Source of the DNA: Escherichia phage ECML-4
Length of the DNA stretch: 64,000 nt
Sequence record: JX128257
Strand: one strand, 5' to 3'
The translations under genes and the position numbers were made by a program. Positions 46,849 to 56,225 of this stretch are shown one piece after another. Position 1 is the stretch's first letter, and the number at the start of each line of letters is the position of its first letter. Under the pieces are notes generated by a model. The model worked only from the letters and a program-made list of their open reading frames with translations, searched no databases and had not been told where the DNA came from.

Positions 46849-47158
46849 ACCGTTTGAACTTAAATTTCGCGTTTGGCATATTCCCCAGGTTCCTGGGATC
46901 GCTTTTCATATTGAGGTTCCAACATTTGAAGAAGCGCAGCGCCTGAAGAATGCTCTGGGTGATTATGATTTGTTCCAGTTCAACAACAATATCAAGCCGG
47001 ATTATTGCAATGCTTCGGGCATTCAGATTTATCAACATGATCTGACCGATGATGATCTTAATGATATGGGTCTGGATGATCGTTGGGTTGATATGGAAGA
47101 TGTTGACGAACTCAACGATTATTTCGAGCATCTGCGCAGTACAGGGTGGGAAATATGA
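46838..47158 (+). CDS. Small, strongly acidic protein (106 aa)
   Basis: C-terminal half is rich in Asp/Glu (DLTDDDLNDMGLDDRWVDMEDVDELNDYFE). Confidence 0.4.
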   Translation: MSNKPFELKFRVWHIPQVPGIAFHIEVPTFEEAQRLKNALGDYDLFQFNNNIKPDYCNASGIQIYQHDLTDDDLNDMGLDDRWVDMEDVDELNDYFEHLRSTGWEI

Positions 47159-47463
47159 TTTCAAAATATATTGTAAAGCCTGGGGATACTCTGTCCAGCA
47201 TCGCTCTAAAATTATATGGTGATGCCCAACAGTATATCAAATTAGCCAGATTCAACAATATCCAAAACCCAGGCCATATCACGGTTGGTCAGATTATTTG
47301 TTTACCCACACCTGTCGAAGACAAAGAACACATTATGATTCCGGTTCAACCGACTCAGAAGTGTTTGGATGCGATAGCTGGTTTATTTCGGCCAGGTTTT
47401 TGTGATGGAACTATTGAACGCCACATTTATCAAGCGATTGTGGAAAACGCAGGTGTAAAATGA
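47146..47463 (+). CDS. LysM domain protein
   Basis: N-terminal YIVKPGDTLSSIALKLYGD...YIKLARFNNI...GHITVGQIICLP matches the LysM peptidoglycan-binding fold. Confidence 0.55.
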   Translation: MGNMISKYIVKPGDTLSSIALKLYGDAQQYIKLARFNNIQNPGHITVGQIICLPTPVEDKEHIMIPVQPTQKCLDAIAGLFRPGFCDGTIERHIYQAIVENAGVK

Positions 47464-47669
47464 TCGGATTAATTCGTTACCTGTTCATATTCGTAATTTC
47501 AACATTCATTTTATTTTTCTTTTTCAAATACTTGAAAGAGACTAAAATCTACCGAAGTAAACGTTGGCGCAAACGGGTGAGGGTAACTTTCCTGCTGCTG
47601 ATTTCTTCGGTTACAATAACCGCACTCACATTGGGTGCATATATCTACATTTTTGAAGGGGTACATTGA
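47460..47669 (+). CDS. Small two-TM membrane protein (holin-like or NfeD-like partner)
   Basis: Two hydrophobic helices separated by a basic loop (KYLKETKIYRSKRWRKRVRV); overlaps both neighbours. Confidence 0.4.
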   Translation: MIGLIRYLFIFVISTFILFFFFKYLKETKIYRSKRWRKRVRVTFLLLISSVTITALTLGAYIYIFEGVH

Positions 47670-48460
47670 TGTTCAAGAAATTGGTGTTCGGTGCAATTAT
47701 GGTTCTGGCTGCAAGTCTACTTTCTGGTTGTGGTGGCGTTATCGATGAAGGTAATGTCGGCGTTCGCACCCAATGGGGTGAAGTAGACATGAACCCTGTA
47801 ACAGCGGGGATCTACACCAGCTTTGTTTCAAGCGTGGATGTTTACACGACCAAAGAAGCCGTTGTGAGTCTGACTAAAATGACGCCAAAGGCCAAAGACA
47901 ACCTGACTCTGGAAGACTTGGATGTGGATGTTTATTACACACCCAATGTCGCAAAGGTTCCGTGGTTCCATACCAAATTTGCTGGCCAGAGCGCCGAACT
48001 CGATGATGGCACGATAGCGGTGGGTTTCAATCTAGTTAAAACTGCTGCAGCATCTTCTTCGATGGACGCCGTTTCTTCTCTTGATTCTATGACAATTCAC
48101 ACCCAACGTGCTGAATTAGAGAAGATGATTAAAGACCGCACTCAGCAACAATTAGAGACTGCAGCGCCTGGCATGTTCACAATCACACGCGTGTTGGTCA
48201 AAAAGGCACTGACGGATCCTTCCATTGAGCAGTCTATCCGTGATAATGTTATGGCGGACAAACGATTGGATACGGCAAGAAAGAACGTTGAAATTCGCGA
48301 GCAAGAAGCCCAAGCGAACCAGAAACTGACCACCTCGCTGACGCCTGAATATCTTCAACATGAATATAACATGGTATTACAATCATGCGCCAACAGTGGA
48401 AAATGTACTCTGATCGTTGACGGATCCGGCTCAGGTAAAATGCTGAACGTCGGCAAATAA
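47669..48460 (+). CDS. SPFH (band-7/prohibitin-like) domain lipoprotein
   Basis: Signal peptide with lipobox (MFKKLVFGAIMVLAASLLSGC); IDEGNVGVRTQWGEV...NLTLEDLDVDVYY and an Ala/Glu-rich helical tail fit the SPFH fold. Confidence 0.55.
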   Translation: MFKKLVFGAIMVLAASLLSGCGGVIDEGNVGVRTQWGEVDMNPVTAGIYTSFVSSVDVYTTKEAVVSLTKMTPKAKDNLTLEDLDVDVYYTPNVAKVPWFHTKFAGQSAELDDGTIAVGFNLVKTAAASSSMDAVSSLDSMTIHTQRAELEKMIKDRTQQQLETAAPGMFTITRVLVKKALTDPSIEQSIRDNVMADKRLDTARKNVEIREQEAQANQKLTTSLTPEYLQHEYNMVLQSCANSGKCTLIVDGSGSGKMLNVGK

Positions 48461-48543
48461 ACGCTTTATTCAATAATATTTGTTAGGTAAGCTGTAGTCC
48501 TCTTGTAGTGAAACATTGTAAACAACTAACTGGAGTAATCCGA

Positions 48544-48822
48544 ATGAACCGTACTGATTTTATCGCTCACATCGCCCAGACTCAGGGTATGACCAAAGGC
48601 GAAGCAGAGAAGATCGTGGCATCCTTTATCAACGGCGTAAAAACTGCAGTCGCAGCTGGCCAATCTGTCCAATTCGTCGGCTTCGGCGCGTTTGAAGTTA
48701 AACATCAGGAAGCGCGCACTGGCCGCAACCCGCTGAACGGGCAAGCGATTCAGATCGAAGCGAAAAATGTTGTTAAATTCAAAGTCGGCGAAGGTCTGAA
48801 AGCTGCTGCCAACGGCCAGTAA
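48544..48822 (+). CDS. HU/IHF-family DNA-binding protein
   Basis: MNRTDFIAHIA...VQFVGFGAFEVKHQEARTGRNPLNGQAIQIEAKNVVKFKVG aligns with E. coli HU ([30 protein letters not shown]). Confidence 0.85.
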   Translation: MNRTDFIAHIAQTQGMTKGEAEKIVASFINGVKTAVAAGQSVQFVGFGAFEVKHQEARTGRNPLNGQAIQIEAKNVVKFKVGEGLKAAANGQ

Positions 48823-48947
48823 TCACATCCAGAGCGGTCGTGCCTAGCACAGCGTGTTAGGCTAAAAGAGAAAGCCGAGGTTAATGCCTCGGCTTTTTCG
48901 TTGTTGGAATTCGGGTAAACTATAACAGAACCCAAAGGAGGAACAAC

Positions 48948-50669
48948 GTGACAGCATTTAATCAATACCGAAAGGCAATTGACGCCATAGGCCGTAAGGT
49001 TCCTATAGAAGAAATACAAAGCCTTGCCAAAAACGAATTTCCATATGACAAGGCGAACCAAGGCCAGATGGAATGTATCGTCGAAGCCGTTGATGCCTTG
49101 GTCAACAAAAAGGTCAAACACGTGATCATTGAAGCCCCAACTGGAGTGGGGAAATCTTTGATTGGGACAACAATTCATAAAGTGATTCGCCATTTGGTTT
49201 TACAGGCCGATCCTTATGGGCAATTCCGCACGTCTATCAGTACGCCCACCAAAGGTCTACAAGATCAGTATGCTGCTGAAAAGGCGGTGGCGATAGACAT
49301 CCTGAAAGGCAAGAAGAACTATCGTTGCCACGTACACCCAGATGTGTATTACAACGCCGTGCAATGCCGTATAGCATGCCGCGACGGGCATTGTAGCAAA
49401 CGCCGTTGTCCTTATGTACAGGCGCGCAATTTATGGACTGATATTTCGTCATTGCGTTGCACTAATGCAGCTATGATGATTGAGATGTGCACCACCATCT
49501 GTATGAAGCCTGAAAACCGTTCCGATATGCTGATCTTAGACGAGTGTCATAAGATGCCCTCTACGCTCCTAGAGCACACGATAATGGAATACAATACAAA
49601 GGCTGTGGATGGGCTGCGAACTATCCCCGAAGGGAAGGAGATAGTCTCTATCATTGCCGATATCGTAGAACGCACCAAGGACTATGTCTTGGGCAAGTTG
49701 TATTCCTTGTCCGGTGAAATGCATTCGATGTTTGAAGACCTCCATCTTAAAGTGGAGTCTTTGTTGGAAGTTCTTGAAGAATTGGTTGAAGATGACCGCC
49801 TGAGTGAAAGCCAGGTGATGAAACTCGCCGACATTATCGATGTACTACACAATCTGAGTGATTATTGTGGTATTATGTCTCAGACAAAGGCCAGCACCTT
49901 TATCGTACAGGAAAAGGGAGATGACTTTATTCGGTTTAAACCCGTCATGCCTTCTGATGTAAGTGAATTTGGATTGTTCAGGAAAGCCGATTACCATGTT
50001 CATATGTCGGCAACAATCTGCGGAATCGATTCATATGCCCGTTCCTTGGGTATCCGCCAGGGGGATTATCATTCAATACAGATTGGAAATCCAATCCCAA
50101 TTGAAAATCGGAAAGTCAACTATATGCCCATCGTTAAGATGACCAACAACATGGGCGATTATGAAATGAAAAGGCTGACGGAATACATTGATGAAATAAT
50201 CGCATTCCATCCAGGGCAATCTGGCATCATACATACAGTGAGCTATGATCGCGCATTAGCAATACAAAAATTCAGCAAATACCAGAACTTTATCCATGTG
50301 CCACGCACTCGAAAGGCGTTGATGGATATTATGGAAAATGCCTTCAGGACAAAAACACCTTGTGTTATTGCCAGTCCGGCCATGGAAGAAGGATATGACT
50401 TCAAAGGTGATTACAGCCGATTCCAAATACTGATCAAAGTTCCTTACGATTATTTGGGTGATCCATTGATCGCACATATTAATTCAGTGGATCCGTCTGC
50501 GTACTTCCGCAACGCAGTATTGCGCATTGTTCAGATGTGCGGACGTTCGGTCAGGGGTGTGGATGACTGGGCTGCAACATACATAATCGATTCTTCCTTT
50601 GAATCTCTTATGATGCGCAACCCAGAGTTCTTCCCAACCTGGTTCACCGATGCAGTATTTGAAGTTTAA
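48948..50669 (+). CDS. SF2 helicase of the XPD/DinG-like type with a Cys-rich (Fe-S-like) insertion
   Basis: GTG start with AAAGGAGG site; Walker A EAPTGVGKSL, DExH-like LILDECHKM, and a cluster of cysteines between them (YRCH, CRIACRDGHCSKRRCP, RCTN). Confidence 0.55.
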   Translation: MTAFNQYRKAIDAIGRKVPIEEIQSLAKNEFPYDKANQGQMECIVEAVDALVNKKVKHVIIEAPTGVGKSLIGTTIHKVIRHLVLQADPYGQFRTSISTPTKGLQDQYAAEKAVAIDILKGKKNYRCHVHPDVYYNAVQCRIACRDGHCSKRRCPYVQARNLWTDISSLRCTNAAMMIEMCTTICMKPENRSDMLILDECHKMPSTLLEHTIMEYNTKAVDGLRTIPEGKEIVSIIADIVERTKDYVLGKLYSLSGEMHSMFEDLHLKVESLLEVLEELVEDDRLSESQVMKLADIIDVLHNLSDYCGIMSQTKASTFIVQEKGDDFIRFKPVMPSDVSEFGLFRKADYHVHMSATICGIDSYARSLGIRQGDYHSIQIGNPIPIENRKVNYMPIVKMTNNMGDYEMKRLTEYIDEIIAFHPGQSGIIHTVSYDRALAIQKFSKYQNFIHVPRTRKALMDIMENAFRTKTPCVIASPAMEEGYDFKGDYSRFQILIKVPYDYLGDPLIAHINSVDPSAYFRNAVLRIVQMCGRSVRGVDDWAATYIIDSSFESLMMRNPEFFPTWFTDAVFEV

Positions 50670-51433
50670 TAACCTGCAATAAACGATAAATGGCACTTGA
50701 TATTTGGTTCAAGTGTCGTTATCGTGATGATCATATTATCCACATCTTGGCTGAAAGATATATTTGCTATTGGTTTAGTCTGAACGTGGTTGTACAGGCT
50801 GTATATCAAATCTTCACCACGGTATCCGACTTTACCATCAGTATCCTGCCAATGGCCTAACGTGGATTCATGAGCATGTACTCGGAATTCTATCATATGG
50901 AACAATGCTTTTGGGATTGTTTTCAGTATGCTGGTTCCGACAACAGGGATATCAATAGCAGAGTCGTTGGAATTGCCCTCATATACTGAAGCCCAACCAA
51001 ATGTTGGATCTCCTCCCGCCACGGGAGTTCTCTTCCAGTATTGGAATTCTGGATTACCCGAAGCGTTCTTTTGCAGAAGGATTACTTCACCGCCTTCAAA
51101 ATTAGAAGTGTCTATATCATCACGTGCTAATAAATCAGCTGGAGAACCAATAAATTTCCAGGTTTCGCGATCTAAAATAGACTTATAATAATCGGTGAAT
51201 ACGTTGCTGTCGTCAGCTGCGTTGATTGCGTCTTTAAGACCTTCACCTGTGACCATCTCATTGAGTTTTAGCCACATGTTTTTGACAGCTGACGCAGCTG
51301 CGACTTGACCTTCAGTCCCACCCGCCGTGTAGTCATAAACGATGTCCAGCTTTTGTATGGAATCATTTATAGACAAGAGCAAACGCTCAATTTCTGTGGC
51401 GGTCAGACTGAAACGATATGCGCGTTCTGACAT
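50666..51433 (-). CDS. Hypothetical protein (255 aa) on the minus strand
   Basis: Single long minus-strand ORF filling the gap between helicase and RNase H; GAGGAA site on the minus strand. Confidence 0.45.
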   Translation of the reverse strand: MSERAYRFSLTATEIERLLLSINDSIQKLDIVYDYTAGGTEGQVAAASAVKNMWLKLNEMVTGEGLKDAINAADDSNVFTDYYKSILDRETWKFIGSPADLLARDDIDTSNFEGGEVILLQKNASGNPEFQYWKRTPVAGGDPTFGWASVYEGNSNDSAIDIPVVGTSILKTIPKALFHMIEFRVHAHESTLGHWQDTDGKVGYRGEDLIYSLYNHVQTKPIANISFSQDVDNMIITITTLEPNIKCHLSFIAGY

Positions 51434-51475
51434 GATTCGTTCCTCATCGATAAAACCAGTTTGGGATACTTATAC

Positions 51476-52003
51476 ATGATTGAAATATACACTGACGGGG
51501 CATCTTCCCCGCAGAAGACACAAGCCGCAGGTTGGGCATTTGCTATCAGTCCAATCACTGGAGAGCAATGGAAAGTGTTTTATGGGTATTTACCCCCACC
51601 GTCAACGAATAATATCGCTGAGTTGCTTGGGGTTATAAACGCCTTGAAGATTCTATGGAAATTCTCTAATTGTGGGGAACGCTGTATTCCCTCAGCCCGT
51701 ATTATATCCGACAGCCAATATGTTATCAATAGTGTTTTGGAGTGGCGTAGAAAATGGGAATATGAAGGGATGCCGCCTAAGAACACAGAACTCCTACTCG
51801 AATTGTTCAATTATTATGACAAAGTTTGTTCAATTTGTGAACTTGAATTAAAATGGGTGAAAGGTCATGCGGGGAATATCGGCAACGAAATCGCAGATCA
51901 GTGGAGCGTCAGAGCCAAAGAAAATAGCTCGATGGTTCTTGAAAATAATCGTTTCCTGGTCAGAAAGGTTGTTGGTTCTTTCAATGAATTCATTGGTATT
52001 TGA
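51476..52003 (+). CDS. RNase HI-type ribonuclease H
   Basis: IYTDGAS (Asp 1), NNIAELLGVINAL (Glu), ISDSQYVI (Asp 2), KGHAGNIGNEIADQ (His/Asp) in canonical RNase HI order. Confidence 0.7.
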   Translation: MIEIYTDGASSPQKTQAAGWAFAISPITGEQWKVFYGYLPPPSTNNIAELLGVINALKILWKFSNCGERCIPSARIISDSQYVINSVLEWRRKWEYEGMPPKNTELLLELFNYYDKVCSICELELKWVKGHAGNIGNEIADQWSVRAKENSSMVLENNRFLVRKVVGSFNEFIGI

Positions 52004-52014
52004 GGATTATCACG

Positions 52015-52785
52015 ATGGGTATGAATTTTGTAGACAGGGGTGATAACGTCACCAAATATTTCACTGACGAAGATAACGATCGAGTTGTGGGGATATTGCG
52101 TGATTGGATCCCTGCTCGTAAAAAGGCATTAGCCGAAGGAACACCCCTACCAAGAATCCCCAATTATGTGGCCATGAATGTTCAGATGATAATCAAGAAT
52201 ATGAGTATGCGCTACAACTACCGTGATTATCCATATCGTGAAGACATGGTGAGTGAAGCGGTTGTGAACATCCTTCGTTACCTTCACACCTTTGACGTTA
52301 GCCATATCGGCAAGAAAGGAAAGATCAACTTCTTCTCTTGGGTGACTATGTGTGCTGATCGCTCATTCGCCAAGAAACTCACGAGTGAAGAAGAACACAA
52401 CTATATTAAATTGCGTTCCTTTGAAGAAGCAGGTGGGTTCGCAGCTTTATCGGATGACCCAGACTTCCAACAACAAACCTTCGTTGATAGCACTGGGATA
52501 ACGATGGACTTTCGTGAACGCATCGGTAATTTCGAAAATAAGAAAGAAGCCCAGCGTGAAAAGGAACGCCAAAAACAAACGGCTATCAAAGAAGAGGAAA
52601 AGAATAAGAAAATCCCTCGCGGTATACTTCAATGTCTTACGAAGAGTGAAAATACCATTACCGCTGACGCCGAAGATAATTCAGATAATGACTTTGGCTC
52701 TACTCAATTTAGTCTTGAAGATATAATGGACAGCCCCACATTGTTAGCCGAATCAGTTGGAGAAAAGAATAATGGCGATTGCTAA
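52015..52785 (+). CDS. 55: Late-transcription sigma factor gp55
   Basis: Central region (VAMNVQMIIKNMSMRYNYRDYPYREDMVSEAVVNILRYLHTFDV...FFSWVTMCADRSFAKKL) aligns with T4 gp55; position before gp47/gp46. Confidence 0.65.
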   Translation: MGMNFVDRGDNVTKYFTDEDNDRVVGILRDWIPARKKALAEGTPLPRIPNYVAMNVQMIIKNMSMRYNYRDYPYREDMVSEAVVNILRYLHTFDVSHIGKKGKINFFSWVTMCADRSFAKKLTSEEEHNYIKLRSFEEAGGFAALSDDPDFQQQTFVDSTGITMDFRERIGNFENKKEAQREKERQKQTAIKEEEKNKKIPRGILQCLTKSENTITADAEDNSDNDFGSTQFSLEDIMDSPTLLAESVGEKNNGDC

Positions 52786-53887
52786 AATTGGCGATTTACA
52801 CATCGGGAGCCGCAATGGTTCCCGTTACGTTCGTGAATTCATAAAGAATTATCTCATCAACTATTTTATTCCCGAATTGGTAGATGCAGACATTAAAGAA
52901 GTTTGGCAATTCGGCGATACATTTGATGTTCGCAAATTTATGTATGGCCGCGACAAAGATTGGTTGAAAGATGAACTGACTCCAGCCCTGAGAAAGGCGG
53001 GTATCAAATGGAATGGCATCGTTGGAAACCATGATATCACATTAGAAGAATCTAACCGTATCAACTGGCCATCCTATCTGAATGAATTAGCGCCAGACGT
53101 CTATCATTATTACAGTGAACCCACTGAAGTTTCGATTGAAGGCGAAAAGGTATTGCTTCTCCCATGGATCAATAAAGAGAATTATGATGCATCTGTTAAA
53201 GCGATACAAGATACAGACGCCAAGTACTGTTTTGCGCATCTGGAGTTGGCAGGGTTCAAAATGTACCAGTCCTCTGTATGTGATAAAGGTCAGATCGACG
53301 TGGCGCTCCTTTCCAAGTTCGAACGCGTGGATACCGGACATTTCCATACCCGTTCGATGGAAGGTAACATTCAGTATATTGGGACTCCTTATCACCTTAC
53401 CTGGGAAGACCATAAAGACGGGACGAACCGAGGATTCTATGTAGACGACATGAAAGGCGGGGAATTGTTTATTCCCAACAACGAGCAACAAACGTTGTTC
53501 CGATTCATCGAATACGACTACACCCAAATGTCTTCCGACACCGAAGGAAACTGGATTGACCCAGATTGGCTAAACAATGGTTTGGGTATTGAAGGGCAAA
53601 TCGTTAAAGTGATTGTACAGAACCGTGATAATGCCAAGCATTATGAAAAGTTCTGCGACGCGCTGAAGCGCTGTAAATGCATCGATTACAACTTTATAGA
53701 TCGGACTATCACAGTCTCGTCTGAGAAGGTAGAAGTCACTGAAGAGATGGTGGCGACTGATGCTGTGGAAGTCCTGAAGAAAGATATCCGCGCCGCCAAT
53801 AATATCCAGCGCCCTGAAAATGTTTGCAAATTAGCAGAACAATTCTATAATGCTGCCCAACAACGCCTGAACACATTGGATGCATAA
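52772..53887 (+). CDS. 47: Recombination nuclease subunit gp47 (Mre11/SbcD-like phosphoesterase)
   Basis: N-terminal IGDLHIG, later GNHD and H-x-H metallophosphatase motifs; directly upstream of gp46. Confidence 0.8.
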   Translation: MAIAKIGDLHIGSRNGSRYVREFIKNYLINYFIPELVDADIKEVWQFGDTFDVRKFMYGRDKDWLKDELTPALRKAGIKWNGIVGNHDITLEESNRINWPSYLNELAPDVYHYYSEPTEVSIEGEKVLLLPWINKENYDASVKAIQDTDAKYCFAHLELAGFKMYQSSVCDKGQIDVALLSKFERVDTGHFHTRSMEGNIQYIGTPYHLTWEDHKDGTNRGFYVDDMKGGELFIPNNEQQTLFRFIEYDYTQMSSDTEGNWIDPDWLNNGLGIEGQIVKVIVQNRDNAKHYEKFCDALKRCKCIDYNFIDRTITVSSEKVEVTEEMVATDAVEVLKKDIRAANNIQRPENVCKLAEQFYNAAQQRLNTLDA

Positions 53888-53889
53888 TA

Positions 53890-56223
53890 ATGAGCAACGT
53901 AGATCTATTATCAAAATTTGGTTCGCTGTTGAAAGAAGCGGACGCTCCTGTTATTGTTGAAGCACCATTTGAAATCCGTGGGGATATTACTCACAAACTG
54001 ACTTTCCATCGTGGTCGCGCTAAGAACTTTCGTTCTATCGGTAATGAATTCATGGAAATTGATTACCAACGCAATTCGGCAACCTTGGTTACATCCGATG
54101 ACAATGGCGCTGGTAAATCCACCATGCTTGTCTGGCTGCTGTTCTTCGTTCTGTACAACGACACGTACAGCAAGAAAGAGAAGAAAGCCGGATTGGTTAA
54201 CTCTCAAAACAAAAAGGAATGCGTGGGTGAAGTTGAGTTCTCAACTCGCGGTAGTGAATGGAAAGTCCGTCGCGGTATCAAACCAGATTTTGTAGAAGTT
54301 TATCAGATGGTGGAAGGAGAGTGGAAGCAAGTCGTGAACGATGCGGCCAAAGCTGATATGAACAAGTACATCGTGAATCTCATCGGTGTGGACCAGAAGA
54401 TGTTCGAGAACTCTTTGGTTCTGGGCAAGGAGAAGTTTATTCCTTTCACAGAGATGTATACTGCTGACCGCCGCGCCATGGTTGAAACAATTTGGGACTT
54501 GGGTTTCTTCAGCCTGATGAATGAGGATGTTAAAGCATCTATCAAGGCGGTAACGAACGAACTCACGACGGTCACCAATGATTACGCCTTTCATGATGTG
54601 AATCTAAAAGGCCAGCAAGCGCAGTTGGAACAGATCAATAATTCCAATGCGATGATTCAGCAACAATCTGCGGATATCCTTGTCCAAGAGAAGGAACGTC
54701 TGAATAGCCTGAATTCAGATATCGGCGCAGTGCAGGAACAACTGACAGAGTCCCGTGCTCAAGACTCTAAATTGGAATCAGAATTATCAGAAGTCCGTAA
54801 TCGTCTGAACGCTGAAATGAAGGTGGATATCGATGCCATCAATGACGAGTATTTTGCCAAAATTCAAGCGGTTCAGGATGAGGCTGATACCAAGGCTGAA
54901 GACTATGAACGTATCGAGGTGTCTGATGGCGAACGTTCATTACAAGAAATTCGGGAGAGAATGGCGGTAGTCGCGGAACGTAAAAATGATCTGGTCAGCC
55001 AACGGAATGCTAACCTGGATGAACTGAACAAAGCATTAGCGCGGCGTCAGCAGGGTGAGAACTTCCGTATCAAATTCGTAACAGAAATGGAAGGACATGA
55101 ATCTGCCATCAAACGTTTCCACGATATGGGCACTTGCCCTACGTGTACGCAATTAGTGTCGGACGATACCAAATCACGCATTGAAAGTCAATATTATCCG
55201 CAAATCAGTGAACTGACTGACAAGATTCTTCAGGTTGACACAGCCCTAGAAGAAGTTAATTCCCTGATTGAGAATTACAACGTCAAAGATTCAGAATTAT
55301 CTTCTCAGATTTCGGTTGTTGACAAAGAACTGGATGCTTTGCGCAATGAAATCCGAGAAGCGGAATCAGCGATTGCTGCATTAAAACGCGACATCCAAGG
55401 ATTCTATGATGTGGCAGCTGTTGAGAAAACATCTTTACAGCGGGAACAACAGTCCAAAATTAACGATATCCTCAAGGCCGTAGACACCCGTTACGAAGAT
55501 ATCACGACGTCAATCCGTCAAGCGCGTGAGCAGCTCTCTAAGAGCATCAACGACACGACTGATAAACTCACCAGCCTGAAATCACGCCGTGCCCCTCTGG
55601 AGGCATCCATTGCCGATTTAGAGCGTAAATTGGCGGTTAAGCCGACACCAACTGACGCCCTGGAAGAAGAGATCGCTCGCATCACGGCGTTAATGGAAGA
55701 TCTGAATGCGCGGCGCGTAGAGTTGGATGAGAAATTGCAAGACCTGAACCATCTTCTGTTCTTCCTAAAAGATGATCAGACCAAGGCTCGAATTATCAGC
55801 CTGTATTTGCCTTTCCTCAATAGTAAAATAAACGAGTATCTTGAAGCACTCAATATGTTCTTGGATATTGCTGTTGATGATACATTTGAAATCACCATGA
55901 GCGCTGCAGGTCGTAAAGGGCAAAGCATCTTCTCATTATCTACTGGTCAGCGTAGTCGCCTGAACCTGGCTGTGACATTAGCTTTACGCGATGTTGCAAA
56001 CCTCAAGGCGTCGGTGCAATGTAACCTGTTTGTGTTAGATGAAATCCTTGAGAACATGAGTGAGCGCGGCGTACAAGAATCGGTTGAGATGCTGAAGCAT
56101 AAATTTGGCGGGAACAATCTGTTCGTTATCAGTCAACGCGAGCAGGAATTCCAAGAGTATTTCCAACACAACATCCGTTATGGTCTGCGTAATGGCATGA
56201 CTGAAGTGATTAAGAAGGATTGA
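53890..56223 (+). CDS. 46: Recombination ATPase subunit gp46 (Rad50/SbcC-like)
   Basis: Walker A DDNGAGKST, long central coiled coil with a CPTC zinc hook, C-terminal signature LSTGQRSRL and Walker B LFVLDE. Confidence 0.85.
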   Translation: MSNVDLLSKFGSLLKEADAPVIVEAPFEIRGDITHKLTFHRGRAKNFRSIGNEFMEIDYQRNSATLVTSDDNGAGKSTMLVWLLFFVLYNDTYSKKEKKAGLVNSQNKKECVGEVEFSTRGSEWKVRRGIKPDFVEVYQMVEGEWKQVVNDAAKADMNKYIVNLIGVDQKMFENSLVLGKEKFIPFTEMYTADRRAMVETIWDLGFFSLMNEDVKASIKAVTNELTTVTNDYAFHDVNLKGQQAQLEQINNSNAMIQQQSADILVQEKERLNSLNSDIGAVQEQLTESRAQDSKLESELSEVRNRLNAEMKVDIDAINDEYFAKIQAVQDEADTKAEDYERIEVSDGERSLQEIRERMAVVAERKNDLVSQRNANLDELNKALARRQQGENFRIKFVTEMEGHESAIKRFHDMGTCPTCTQLVSDDTKSRIESQYYPQISELTDKILQVDTALEEVNSLIENYNVKDSELSSQISVVDKELDALRNEIREAESAIAALKRDIQGFYDVAAVEKTSLQREQQSKINDILKAVDTRYEDITTSIRQAREQLSKSINDTTDKLTSLKSRRAPLEASIADLERKLAVKPTPTDALEEEIARITALMEDLNARRVELDEKLQDLNHLLFFLKDDQTKARIISLYLPFLNSKINEYLEALNMFLDIAVDDTFEITMSAAGRKGQSIFSLSTGQRSRLNLAVTLALRDVANLKASVQCNLFVLDEILENMSERGVQESVEMLKHKFGGNNLFVISQREQEFQEYFQHNIRYGLRNGMTEVIKKD

Positions 56224-56225
56224 TC

